Virus record (IMG/VR): IMGVR_UViG_3300005617_000177 | DNA from: an uncultured virus (IMG/VR IMGVR_UViG_3300005617_000177) | Taxonomy: Duplodnaviria > Heunggongvirae > Uroviricota > Caudoviricetes | Length of the DNA stretch: 64,000 bases | Strand: one strand, 5' to 3' | Shown here: in pieces, positions 30,298 through 39,571 of the stretch | Numbering within the stretch: position 1 is the stretch's first letter | Layout of the letters: every line of letters begins with the position of its first letter | Translations under genes and position numbers: made by a program | Notes under the pieces: generated by a model | What the model was told of the DNA's origin: nothing | The model's database searches: none | Seen by the model: the letters and a program-made list of their open reading frames with translations, nothing else

Positions 30298-31163
30298 GAC
30301 GAGTCATTCTCGAGAGTCCCTACGTCGGCACCGGTCCACGTAATGACGCGACTATCAAAATCAATGTAAGCTACGCCAGAAAATGCCTAGCTGATTGTAT
30401 AACTCGTGGTGAATCTCCCTATGCTTCCCATCTTCTTCTTCCTGAGATTTGCAATGATGGGATTCCAGCAGAGCGCATAGCTGGAATCGCGGCCGGCCAC
30501 GAATGGACCAAGATCGCAGACGCCGTTGTTGTTTACACAGACTTGGGAATATCTCCAGGTATGCAGCAAGGGATTGACGCGGCAACCGCAGCGAACGTAC
30601 CTGTTGAATACAGAGCTATAGGCTTCTCTCCTATGCCTACCTGGTCGAAATGCTATGGGAAAGTCTTTCAATCGGCAGATGAAATTTCTTTAATCATGCG
30701 GGAATCCCGGCTCGCACACTTCGTAGATTGCGACTTTTCCAAGCTGGATCTACGAGCCCTAAGCTTCGATAACTGCATATTCGATGCTTGTAAGATGGTT
30801 AGAACAAAGCTCGGCAGCGCCGTTAGAGCTCAATTCTATTCTGTAGATATGCGTCATATTGATCTGACCTGGGCAGATCTTCGCTGGACCTATGCCATCA
30901 ATTGCGCGGCAGATCACGCCAAGATGATCGGATGTCAGTTCACATTAGATTGTGATTTCATGGCGGGGCTGATCGCCAGAGAAGAAGACGGGTGGCGTTT
31001 GATTAGGTGGGCGGCGCTTGTTGCTAGTCCGGCCGCGGATCTGGTTCGATCGCTAATCCCGAAGCGCTACCATCTTTTGTTGAAGTTACAGGATGAACAA
31101 CCTCAACCTAGAACTAGACTGACCCCGGAACTGGACAGGTCTAGATATAATAAACATGGGTAA
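30294..31163 (+). CDS. Nucleoside-deoxyribosyltransferase-like domain fused to pentapeptide repeats
   Basis: VILESPY...ESPYASHLL...ADAVVVYTDLGISPGMQQGI, then CDFSK/LDLRA/LSFDN/CIFDA pentapeptides. Confidence 0.6.
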   Translation: MRRVILESPYVGTGPRNDATIKINVSYARKCLADCITRGESPYASHLLLPEICNDGIPAERIAGIAAGHEWTKIADAVVVYTDLGISPGMQQGIDAATAANVPVEYRAIGFSPMPTWSKCYGKVFQSADEISLIMRESRLAHFVDCDFSKLDLRALSFDNCIFDACKMVRTKLGSAVRAQFYSVDMRHIDLTWADLRWTYAINCAADHAKMIGCQFTLDCDFMAGLIAREEDGWRLIRWAALVASPAADLVRSLIPKRYHLLLKLQDEQPQPRTRLTPELDRSRYNKHG

Positions 31164-31166
31164 CTT

Positions 31167-32147
31167 ATGAGACTAGCACGCGACGTATTCTTCGCCGGGT
31201 ACAGAAACAAATTTCATGGATTGAGTCAGGAACAGGTGGACGGACTCAATACTCTGCTCGATCTCATCGAAGATGATACCTCTTGGGATGAAGAAGTCCT
31301 ACAGATCAGTATCCGACAATTAAGCTACTTCCTGGCAACGATCAAACACGAGTGCGCCGATCGATGGCATCCTATCGAAGAGTTCGCCAGCGGGGCGGCT
31401 TACGAAGGCAGGAAGGATTTAGGGAACACAGAGACAGGAGATGGTAAGAGATTCAAGGGTCGTGGGTATGTTCAAATCACAGGACGTCGCAACTATGGCG
31501 TCTTCCGAGATCTGCTCAATGAGCCTCTTGTGACAACTCCTGACTTGGCCCTTCAACCAACAATCAGCTATCGGATAGCCACTCTTGGTATGCGATTGGG
31601 CTTGTTTACCAGTCACAAACTTTCGCAATACTTCGATGACTCGAAGACAGATTATGTCAACGCGCGGCGAATCATTAACGGATTGGACAAAGCCAATCTA
31701 ATTGCTGGCTACGCTAAGAACTTCGAATCCATTCTAAGAGATGCGACTAAAAACGAGACTCCGCAAGATGAAGCGGTTCTACCAGAGACACAAGAACCTA
31801 AACCGGTGGAGGCTGATCCGGAAGTCCACACCGAAAATCCAACCGACAAACCGGTGAAGGATAAACCGCCTGATGTGCATGTTCAACAAGGACTTCCTAT
31901 AGTCACATCTGAGGTTGTAACTCAGGCCAGTCAGGGCGGCTTCAAGTCTTGGATTTCTTCGGTAATTGCCTGGGCAACTGGCGCCGGCGCAGGCTTGATC
32001 GCTCTCTTGAAAGAGAATCCATTCCTGCTCTACATGGCCATTGGTGTAATCGTTCTGGCAGTAATATTGGTCTACATCCGGCAGACCATTTTGGATTCCG
32101 CGAGAATGAAGGCGGCAGCGGATCCAACCAAGTTTAATGTGAAATAG
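31167..32147 (+). CDS. Endolysin, glycoside hydrolase family 19-like, with C-terminal transmembrane segments
   Basis: LATIKHEC, YEGRKDLGN, FKGRGYVQITGRRNY, ARRIING motifs; Pro/Glu linker; hydrophobic C-terminus. Confidence 0.88.
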   Translation: MRLARDVFFAGYRNKFHGLSQEQVDGLNTLLDLIEDDTSWDEEVLQISIRQLSYFLATIKHECADRWHPIEEFASGAAYEGRKDLGNTETGDGKRFKGRGYVQITGRRNYGVFRDLLNEPLVTTPDLALQPTISYRIATLGMRLGLFTSHKLSQYFDDSKTDYVNARRIINGLDKANLIAGYAKNFESILRDATKNETPQDEAVLPETQEPKPVEADPEVHTENPTDKPVKDKPPDVHVQQGLPIVTSEVVTQASQGGFKSWISSVIAWATGAGAGLIALLKENPFLLYMAIGVIVLAVILVYIRQTILDSARMKAAADPTKFNVK

Positions 32148-32235
32148 AGATGCTGGCGGCACTCCTGTCAAAGGTCGCCTGCTAGAGGGATGGGAGTTTA
32201 TAGGGGGCTGGAACTCCCGTCCCTCGCCCAAATTA

Positions 32236-32645
32236 TGATGCGTATTATTCTTTATATACTCGGTGGCGTTGCGGTTCTGGTATTGATCTCTTGGGGTGTT
32301 TCATCCTGGCGAGTATCTAATATCGAGAAGCAACGAGATGAACAGAAACAAATAGCGGCGCAGGCTGCGGCCGAAGCAGAGCTTCATCGAAAGAACGAAG
32401 CTGAACTCGAGAAGAAGATTGCGGCTCGAGACCTGGTGATTGCGGCGAAGGATGAATTGATAGCCGCGAACTCTAAACAGTCTCAAAAGGTCAATGATGA
32501 AATTCAATCAGAGAATGCGCGGTTTGAAGCAGAGCGCGATTCTGGTGATGATCTCAATATCGATGAACTCCGTGCTCGTATCTGTGCCCGTCTACGGGCA
32601 AGCAAGATCAACGCCCCAGAATTCTGCGCAGGACAGCAAAGATAA
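32236..32645 (+). CDS. i-spanin (Rz-like), putative
   Basis: N-terminal TM, coiled coil, C-terminal Cys; follows endolysin; frame also open from 32190. Confidence 0.6.
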
Positions 32646-33006
32646 GCAGATCGAGGAACTATCCCGGCTTCTCGACAAAACCCAAATAGAACGTGATCAT
32701 CTTGTTCGCGAAATTCAGCTTCGAGATCAGAAAGAAAAACTAGATGCCGAAGCCATCAAGCTCAGAGATGATAAGATCGATCTTTTAGATTTACAGCTTA
32801 AAGATGCCAAGACTGCAATAGATGAACTCAAAGCGGCTGGCACTGCCGATCAAACTCAGATCAAGGCTGTCAAAGAAGATCTTCGTCTTGCGAACAAAGA
32901 GATCAAGTCTCTTAAAGCAACAAATTGGCTTACAGGGCGAATAAGTATATTCTTGATTTTTGCTGCCGCTGCTATCGGTTACTTCCTGAGAGGATCTTCC
33001 AACTAA
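32494..33006 (+). CDS. Overlapping spanin-partner-like coiled-coil membrane protein
   Basis: Overlaps the Rz-like 3' end in another frame; coiled coil; C-terminal TM; no lipobox Cys; true start uncertain. Confidence 0.5.
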   Translation: MMKFNQRMRGLKQSAILVMISISMNSVLVSVPVYGQARSTPQNSAQDSKDKQIEELSRLLDKTQIERDHLVREIQLRDQKEKLDAEAIKLRDDKIDLLDLQLKDAKTAIDELKAAGTADQTQIKAVKEDLRLANKEIKSLKATNWLTGRISIFLIFAAAAIGYFLRGSSN

Positions 33007-33608
33007 TGCGACTGCTTTTATCCCCGCACAATGATGATGAAGGTCTATTCGCCAGCATTATCATTCAGCGAATGCGCCCTCTCCTATTAGTCATTGTCAC
33101 AGATTCCTTCATTCAGGAACGCCGTGGCGATCTCATCACATGGCAACAGCGCCGACAAGAAAGCATGGATGCCGCCAAGATCCTAGAAGTGCCTATCTGC
33201 TTTCTAGGATTGCCGGATGCCGAACTCACATCTGAAATGATGTTGGAATCTCTGAAGATCTTTCATCCGAATGATGACGTCATTGCGCCGGCTATCCAGG
33301 GCGGTAATATGAATCATGATGTCGTGGCCGAAGCCGCGCAGAAATACTTCTCTCGTGTTTGGCAGTACGCGACCTACGCCAAAGGCGAATGCTTCACTCC
33401 GATCGCTGCAACGTCTTATCATCCAACGGAACATGAAACTGCCGTGAAGTCTCGGGTCTTGGACTGTTACACCACACAGCTAGCTCTCAGATCTACTAGG
33501 CCACACTTCGATGCAGTCAGAGATCAGCCGGAATACATTTCCTTCTCTGCTCAATCTTCTTTTGACAGACATGACGCGGAATCTACGCAGCCCGCTATTT
33601 GGTCTTAA
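33006..33608 (+). CDS. PIG-L/LmbE family N-acetylsugar deacetylase
   Basis: LSPHNDDE, RRQES, LGLPDA and HDVV motifs. Confidence 0.8.
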   Translation: MRLLLSPHNDDEGLFASIIIQRMRPLLLVIVTDSFIQERRGDLITWQQRRQESMDAAKILEVPICFLGLPDAELTSEMMLESLKIFHPNDDVIAPAIQGGNMNHDVVAEAAQKYFSRVWQYATYAKGECFTPIAATSYHPTEHETAVKSRVLDCYTTQLALRSTRPHFDAVRDQPEYISFSAQSSFDRHDAESTQPAIWS

Positions 33609-33609
33609 T

Positions 33610-34275
33610 ATGCTGAGAAAATTGTTTGTTTGCCCCTGGTTCGGTCCGCTACCACCCTGGTTTGATCGCTACCTGGAACACATAGAGAAGCTCAAACCCT
33701 TGGGTTATGACTGGCTGATCACTACCGACTTGGACGACTTTAGCAAGCGAGTCAAAGATAGATTGGGTCTGGACTGCCCAATCGTTCCCGGCACCGGAAA
33801 GCTGCACGACTACCGCGCGTCCCTCGGTGTGCTCTATGAAGAAGAGATTCGAGGGTACGACTATTGGGGACATACTGATTTCGATTGTTGTTACGGTCGC
33901 ATCGATCAATTCATGCCCGACGAGAAGCTGAGTGCCTGGGACATCTGGTCAAATCATGTCGACTATATCTGCGGTCCTTGGACGCTCTACAAGACCACTC
34001 CATTCCTAGCTGAACTGTTCACGCGCTACGATCGATGGAGGGAGATCCTCTCCGATCCAACCGGAACAGGATGGGTGGAATTTCAAGACGGATTCACAGG
34101 AGTTGTAGATGCAGCGCACGATGCGCACGAGCTTCAAAGACTCTACACTTTTTGGCAGACCAAGAACCTCGATGACTTTTCAAGCTTACGATTAGACGGA
34201 GATGTGCTGTACGAGAATGATCAGGAAGTTATGATGGCGCATTTTAGACGCCGAAAGATTTGGCCGCTATGTTAG
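33610..34275 (+). CDS. DUF6625-like putative glycosyltransferase
   Basis: PWFGPLPPWF, KLHDYR, YDYWGHTDFDCCYG (DxD). Confidence 0.6.
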   Translation: MLRKLFVCPWFGPLPPWFDRYLEHIEKLKPLGYDWLITTDLDDFSKRVKDRLGLDCPIVPGTGKLHDYRASLGVLYEEEIRGYDYWGHTDFDCCYGRIDQFMPDEKLSAWDIWSNHVDYICGPWTLYKTTPFLAELFTRYDRWREILSDPTGTGWVEFQDGFTGVVDAAHDAHELQRLYTFWQTKNLDDFSSLRLDGDVLYENDQEVMMAHFRRRKIWPLC

Positions 34276-34946
34276 AACTCGATAGTTTTCATGGTCTGAA
34301 TATGTTCTATAGATATGGATCTCAGGATTTAATGATTCTGAAAGCTATCTTGCTCTACAATCACTATCAAATTCCAGACGTTGTGTCTGGCACAATGATT
34401 GACATTGGTGCTCACATTGGAGCGGCCTCTGTTCTGTGCTCAAGTCGCGGCGCTCGCGTCTTTGCTTACGAACCAACAACTGAAAGTTTTTCAATACTCA
34501 ACAAGAACATCGATGAGAATAATCTCTCAATCAAAGCCTTTAAGAAAGCCGTGGGTTTGCCGGGTGTTCGAAAGATTTATATGGATCCGGCCAACACAGG
34601 ATCCAATGGTGAATATCTGGTAGTCGGCAATCCGACACTGATTGAAAACGAAGTGCCTTTCGAAGAAGTTGAATGGGTGTCTTTGCAGAACATCTTTCAA
34701 GACAACAATATAGAGCATTGTAGTATTCTTAAATTGGATTGCGAAGGCTCGGAGGCTGATGTTCTACCACAGATTGCGTCGCTCCACGAAAGAATTGATA
34801 CGATCGTCGGAGAGATACATACCGGTATGTGGGCTACAGGCACTCCGGAGCTTAATCAGAAGATTACAAATGGCGTTGATGCATTAAGCGAATTCTATAC
34901 AAAGGAAAGCCTGTCTTTGCATGAGTTCATCTGGACACACAAATAA
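34269..34946 (+). CDS. FkbM family methyltransferase
   Basis: IDIGAHIG, FAYEP, LKLDCEGSE. Confidence 0.88.
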   Translation: MLELDSFHGLNMFYRYGSQDLMILKAILLYNHYQIPDVVSGTMIDIGAHIGAASVLCSSRGARVFAYEPTTESFSILNKNIDENNLSIKAFKKAVGLPGVRKIYMDPANTGSNGEYLVVGNPTLIENEVPFEEVEWVSLQNIFQDNNIEHCSILKLDCEGSEADVLPQIASLHERIDTIVGEIHTGMWATGTPELNQKITNGVDALSEFYTKESLSLHEFIWTHK

Positions 34947-35985
34947 CGCATACGACTCAGTAAGAGACTTCGAAGCGCGGGTGGCTGAATGGGCCGGCGC
35001 TAAGTTTGGCGTTGCGGTCGAATCCTGTACTGCGGCTTTATTTCTGTCCTGCATCTATTTGAAGGTTGGCTACACTGTCATTCCAAAGAGAACGTATCCA
35101 AGCGTTCCTTGCTCGATCTTGAACGCTGGCGGTACCGTGGGCTTCTCTGACGAGGATTGGTCTGGAGTTTACGAACTGAAGCCTTACGGTATCATCGACG
35201 GAGCGCTGCGATTCTGTCGTGGAATGTACCAGGGCGGGCTGCATTGTCTGTCGTTTCATGTAAAGAAACAACTTCCGATCGGTCGCGGCGGAATGATCTT
35301 GACCGATGACGAAGCCGCTGCTCAATGGTTCAAGAGGGCTCGATTCGATGGCAGGGCGGAATTACCCCTGCTGCAAGATGAATACACAATGACTGGTTAC
35401 AACATGTATATGACTCCGGAGCAAGCATCCAGAGGCTTACAGTTGTTCGAACTTCTAAAGAATAAGGAGCTACCAGACTTGAATACCAAGGATCAAGACT
35501 ACCCCGACTTGTCGCAATTCCCAATCTACGGCGCCGGTCTCATCACTCTTCGGAACGTAACGATGGATGATGCTGAAGATCTACTGAGATGGAAAAATGA
35601 AATAGATACGAGACACAATTCTCTTAAACCTGGAGTGATCATTAAGATGGAAGATCACTTGCGGTGGCTTGAAAAGACCCTTGCTGATCCTACTATACAG
35701 TTCTTCATTATAGAGAAAGATGGACAGTCTGTAGGAGATCTGCGATTGAATGAAGGTCGAAAAGAAACTGAAGTCAGCATCCGTCTGGACAAGAAATATC
35801 GCGGACAGGGATTAGCAACTCGGGTAGTAAGCATGGTTCCTCGTGGGAAACCCTTGATGGCTAAGATAGTGCCTCACAACCTGGCATCTATGCGAGTCTT
35901 TATAGCTAATGGCTACAGGCCATCCGAGATTCGTTATGGACAACATTCCTACGACACTCACTACATTTTCAGGAAGCCCCAATGA
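34921..35985 (+). CDS. DegT/DnrJ/PseC-like sugar aminotransferase fused to GNAT acetyltransferase (PseH-like)
   Basis: AVESCTAAL, PLP-lysine motif SFHVKK, GRGGMILTDD; then RGQGLA and NLASMRVF GNAT motifs. Confidence 0.82.
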   Translation: MSSSGHTNNAYDSVRDFEARVAEWAGAKFGVAVESCTAALFLSCIYLKVGYTVIPKRTYPSVPCSILNAGGTVGFSDEDWSGVYELKPYGIIDGALRFCRGMYQGGLHCLSFHVKKQLPIGRGGMILTDDEAAAQWFKRARFDGRAELPLLQDEYTMTGYNMYMTPEQASRGLQLFELLKNKELPDLNTKDQDYPDLSQFPIYGAGLITLRNVTMDDAEDLLRWKNEIDTRHNSLKPGVIIKMEDHLRWLEKTLADPTIQFFIIEKDGQSVGDLRLNEGRKETEVSIRLDKKYRGQGLATRVVSMVPRGKPLMAKIVPHNLASMRVFIANGYRPSEIRYGQHSYDTHYIFRKPQ

Positions 35986-36746
35986 AAGTCATTCTCTCTG
36001 GCTATGAAGGCAGCAAATCAATTCTTAAGGCCAGTTCGTTTCTGGTCGCTCAGTATCTCAACATCGATGGATTCGAATTCTATTGGATGAACTATGGAGA
36101 TCCGGTCCCTCTCTACACAGGTCTGTACGTCAAGTTGGCCGATAAGCAACTCCACGTAAAGTCCTGGGCTGCGGATATACGAAACTACTTGTCATCTGTT
36201 CAGGATGACTTGATCATATTCGCTTTGGATGATTACCTGATTGCTGGCAGTCTCAATTGGAATCAATATTTGAAGCTAATCCATAAGCTGAACACCAATC
36301 CAGCCATTGTGAGTGCCCGGCTCTGTATCAGCGATTTCTACAAATCATCTGAGATCGACCGGATCGAATCTGATTCATTTGGCGAGATCATTCAGTTGAG
36401 CGCCAGTGCAGAATATTCTGTTACTACACAGTACTGCATTTGGAAAAGACATGCTCTTATGGATGTCCTTTCTGAAGTAGAGACTCCATGGGAATTCGAA
36501 ACCCAAGGATCCAACTATTTGAATTCCACTGGTATGCAGGTGATCGGTTACAGACCGAACCCGCCTCTGATCTACAACTGTTCGAGCTCTCTTTCGACTC
36601 GCTGGCCAGGAATTAACATAAGTGGCAGTAGTCTTGAAGACATAGAGTATCTTGTCTCGGTAGGAGACTTGAATCGAAGCGACCTTACAAACCGAGGACA
36701 TGCCGTTCAATGGGGTAGCACCCATTCAATAGCGGAGGCCATGTGA
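35982..36746 (+). CDS. Putative glycosyltransferase (GT-A-like)
   Basis: IIFALDDY, Q..IW, TPWEFE pattern; cluster context. Confidence 0.55.
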   Translation: MKVILSGYEGSKSILKASSFLVAQYLNIDGFEFYWMNYGDPVPLYTGLYVKLADKQLHVKSWAADIRNYLSSVQDDLIIFALDDYLIAGSLNWNQYLKLIHKLNTNPAIVSARLCISDFYKSSEIDRIESDSFGEIIQLSASAEYSVTTQYCIWKRHALMDVLSEVETPWEFETQGSNYLNSTGMQVIGYRPNPPLIYNCSSSLSTRWPGINISGSSLEDIEYLVSVGDLNRSDLTNRGHAVQWGSTHSIAEAM

Positions 36747-37606
36747 TTACTATTCAAGGCAATAAAGTTGTTTTGTTCGGCGGTAGCGGATTTCTCGCCG
36801 GCGCCCTGATTCCGCGACTGCAAGCGGCCGGCGCCAGTGATATTCTCTGTGTGGCTCGCAACGAAGGAAACCTCATTAAAACTCAGCAGCAATACGGAGT
36901 TGAGATCCTAAGCGGCGACGTCGCCGATCGGTGTATTGCAGCCAGGGCGATAGATACTGGAGACATTGTGATGAACTTGGCTGCGTTCAAGCATGTTGGA
37001 TTAGCCGAGACTTCCAGCTTCCAATGTGCCAGGAGCAACGTTATGGGTTTAATGACGTTGCTAACAGAAACAATGCTGCCTGAACTCGAGATCAAGGCAT
37101 TTCTTTTTATCTCGACGGACAAGGCAGCGGCTCCTGTGAAAGGTGTGTATGGTGCTACAAAGTTCCTCGGGGAGCGTCTGGTGCAGGAAGCAGCACATAC
37201 TAATCCTCAAACAGCTTATCGTATTGTCCGCTATGGTAACATCCTCTATTCCACAGGTTCAGTTCTGTGTAAATGGAAAGACGCCCTGGCGCGCGGTCAG
37301 GCTCTAACTATCACCGATCCTGATGCAACCAGGTTCTACTGGACTGCGGATCAAGCGGTTGATTTAATCTTTGAATGCTTTGAGAAAGCCATCGATTGCT
37401 CGCCTTACATAGGCGAAATGAAAGCCATTAGAATGGGCGATCTGCTCGAAGCAATGATTCAGAAGTATGGTAATGGAACAAGGCCAGCAATTGTTCAAAG
37501 CGGATTGCAGCCAGGTGAAAGTAAACATGAGATTTTGGTCGAGTCTGGGTTGAATTCACAAGAAGCCGAACAGTATACTCCCGAAGAAGTTCTGGCTCTT
37601 ATATGA
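36743..37606 (+). CDS. UDP-GlcNAc 4,6-dehydratase (PseB/CapD/PglF, Polysacc_synt_2-like)
   Basis: GGSGFLA, AAFKHV, STDKA, YGATK, RYGNI..STGSV, TDPDATRF, GLQPGESKHE. Confidence 0.88.
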   Translation: MITIQGNKVVLFGGSGFLAGALIPRLQAAGASDILCVARNEGNLIKTQQQYGVEILSGDVADRCIAARAIDTGDIVMNLAAFKHVGLAETSSFQCARSNVMGLMTLLTETMLPELEIKAFLFISTDKAAAPVKGVYGATKFLGERLVQEAAHTNPQTAYRIVRYGNILYSTGSVLCKWKDALARGQALTITDPDATRFYWTADQAVDLIFECFEKAIDCSPYIGEMKAIRMGDLLEAMIQKYGNGTRPAIVQSGLQPGESKHEILVESGLNSQEAEQYTPEEVLALI

Positions 37607-38199
37607 ACATCACGGCTTGTTTAATAACTTACAAACGCCCCAATAACATTGGGCCGATCGTATCTCATTTACTCCAACAACCATTCATCGATACGGTGGT
37701 TGTTCGAGACAACGCCAAGAACAATTCCAACGTCTACGGGCGATATGAACTAGCCAGACAAGCACCTTCTGATATTGTTTATGTCCAGGATGATGACTGC
37801 ATTGTGCACGATATTGAACAGATCTATCAAACTTTTGTGAATGATCCAGAGCGCATCGCTTTTGGATTAGCTCCTACCCACCATCCGGTTTGGCATTTAT
37901 ATACATTTCCTGAGACTCAACTTGCTATGGTTGGATGGGGCGCATTCTTTAAGCGAGACTGGATTGATCTAGCCTTCAATAGGTACTTTCAACATCATGA
38001 GCTCGACGCATTTTCCCGGCGAGAGGCTGACAGGATTTTTTCCCTGATGCTTGCGCGTCAACACAATTCGATTCTGTCCTCCAATCTCGAGCATCTTCCT
38101 GGTTGTTCTGATGGAGATGCAATGTCCAAAGAAGCCGATCATTTTAATTCGCGCGCCCGGGCAATCGAACAATGTCTTGCCATTCTAAGGAATCAATGA
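37603..38199 (+). CDS. Glycosyltransferase (GT-A/GT2-like)
   Basis: ITYKRP, VYVQDDD. Confidence 0.7.
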   Translation: MNITACLITYKRPNNIGPIVSHLLQQPFIDTVVVRDNAKNNSNVYGRYELARQAPSDIVYVQDDDCIVHDIEQIYQTFVNDPERIAFGLAPTHHPVWHLYTFPETQLAMVGWGAFFKRDWIDLAFNRYFQHHELDAFSRREADRIFSLMLARQHNSILSSNLEHLPGCSDGDAMSKEADHFNSRARAIEQCLAILRNQ

Positions 38200-38912
38200 G
38201 AGTCGATCTTCTATATTTGGCAAAGAACCGGCTAGAATTCACGAAAGAATCATTCTCAGCTTTACTGTCCAACACCGATTGGGATCTCGTTAAGTCTTTC
38301 TATGTCTACGATGATGGCTCAACGGATGGAACCGCTGAATACCTGACCGATACTATCATTGCCAACCGTGAGATCCTTCCAGACAAAACGGTTCTCAGAC
38401 AGACGGACTTCGGCTCTCCTGTCAGAATTACCAATGATTTTGTGGTTCAGGTTGATTCGCCTCTGTTAGCCAAGATCGACAATGATATAGTTGTTCCGGA
38501 GAAGTGGTTGACTCGATGCGTTCAAGTGATGGATGGCAGTCCAGAGCTTCAATGTTTGGGCATCGAGGCGTTCTATGAAATCGAACCAGATGTAACAGTA
38601 TGTCGTGGATGGATACGAGCCATTCACACTGGCGGCATTGGTCTCTTTCGAAGAGCGCCGTTTGAAGAAGTGTTGCCTATTGCATACGGAACCTATTTCG
38701 GATTCGGCAACTGGCAGCAACGCGGAGACGGACTCATGTGCGGCTGGATTAAACCGTCTCTTCCTGTATTCTTATTAGACCGGCTCCCTTTTGAGCCCTT
38801 CCGATCTTTGACTCTTTCGTACATAGAGAAGGGCTGGCAGCGAGATTGGGGGCCTTACGATTCATCACAACAAGATCTTTGGACCTGGAGATTCCCGAAC
38901 GAAAGGGGGTGA
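38196..38912 (+). CDS. Glycosyltransferase family 2
   Basis: YDDGSTDGT, KIDND. Confidence 0.8.
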   Translation: MRVDLLYLAKNRLEFTKESFSALLSNTDWDLVKSFYVYDDGSTDGTAEYLTDTIIANREILPDKTVLRQTDFGSPVRITNDFVVQVDSPLLAKIDNDIVVPEKWLTRCVQVMDGSPELQCLGIEAFYEIEPDVTVCRGWIRAIHTGGIGLFRRAPFEEVLPIAYGTYFGFGNWQQRGDGLMCGWIKPSLPVFLLDRLPFEPFRSLTLSYIEKGWQRDWGPYDSSQQDLWTWRFPNERG

Positions 38913-39187
38913 TGAAAGTGGACAACCGACAGCCAGAGTTGGGCGAAGTTGTGAAATGGCACGATCCAACTGGTGTGGAGCATACGGCCCTCGTAACAGC
39001 CGTGTGGACTCCAACCTGTATCAATCTTGTCGTCGTCAGTCATGACGAAAAGAAGAAGGATGAATACGGTCGCCAGATCGAGCGCTACACTTCACAGCAG
39101 CACAAGTCTGTCATGAATGTGCATGGCTTCTATTGGCGGTTTATCGATGAAGAACCGAACGGCTACACCGCTCCGCTTGCGAACTAA
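38912..39187 (+). CDS. Hypothetical phage protein
   Basis: 91 aa, GGGGG SD, ALVTAVW..CINLVV. Confidence 0.6.
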   Translation: MKVDNRQPELGEVVKWHDPTGVEHTALVTAVWTPTCINLVVVSHDEKKKDEYGRQIERYTSQQHKSVMNVHGFYWRFIDEEPNGYTAPLAN

Positions 39188-39244
39188 CCTTTAACCCGGC
39201 GCCGGAACCGACCAGGAACCACAAAGACGCCGGCCGTAGATACT

Positions 39245-39571
39245 ATGACAAGTTTACAGGAATTGTTGGATAGGTCTGAGCCATTTTGCTTGAATTGTGG
39301 TAGTCCACTTCAATGTAGTTGTGGATTTCAACTCACAGAAGAAGTATCTTGGTATAAGACAACTGCCGCATTGTATCATCGGAGAAGCCCTCTGTATTTC
39401 GAGAGGCTAGTTGCTGAGGCTGAGTCTCAATTAGCTAAGGCTAGGGCTCAGTTACCTAGACTTCCCGATTCCGAACCACTTATTGGCAATCGAAAAATCA
39501 GATTCGCACCAGAAGAGATGGAGCCGACTTATGAGAGAACGAACTGTTTGCCAGATGCGAATCAAGAATGA
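39245..39571 (+). CDS. Cys-rich hypothetical protein
   Basis: CLNCG..CSC. Confidence 0.5.
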   Translation: MTSLQELLDRSEPFCLNCGSPLQCSCGFQLTEEVSWYKTTAALYHRRSPLYFERLVAEAESQLAKARAQLPRLPDSEPLIGNRKIRFAPEEMEPTYERTNCLPDANQE

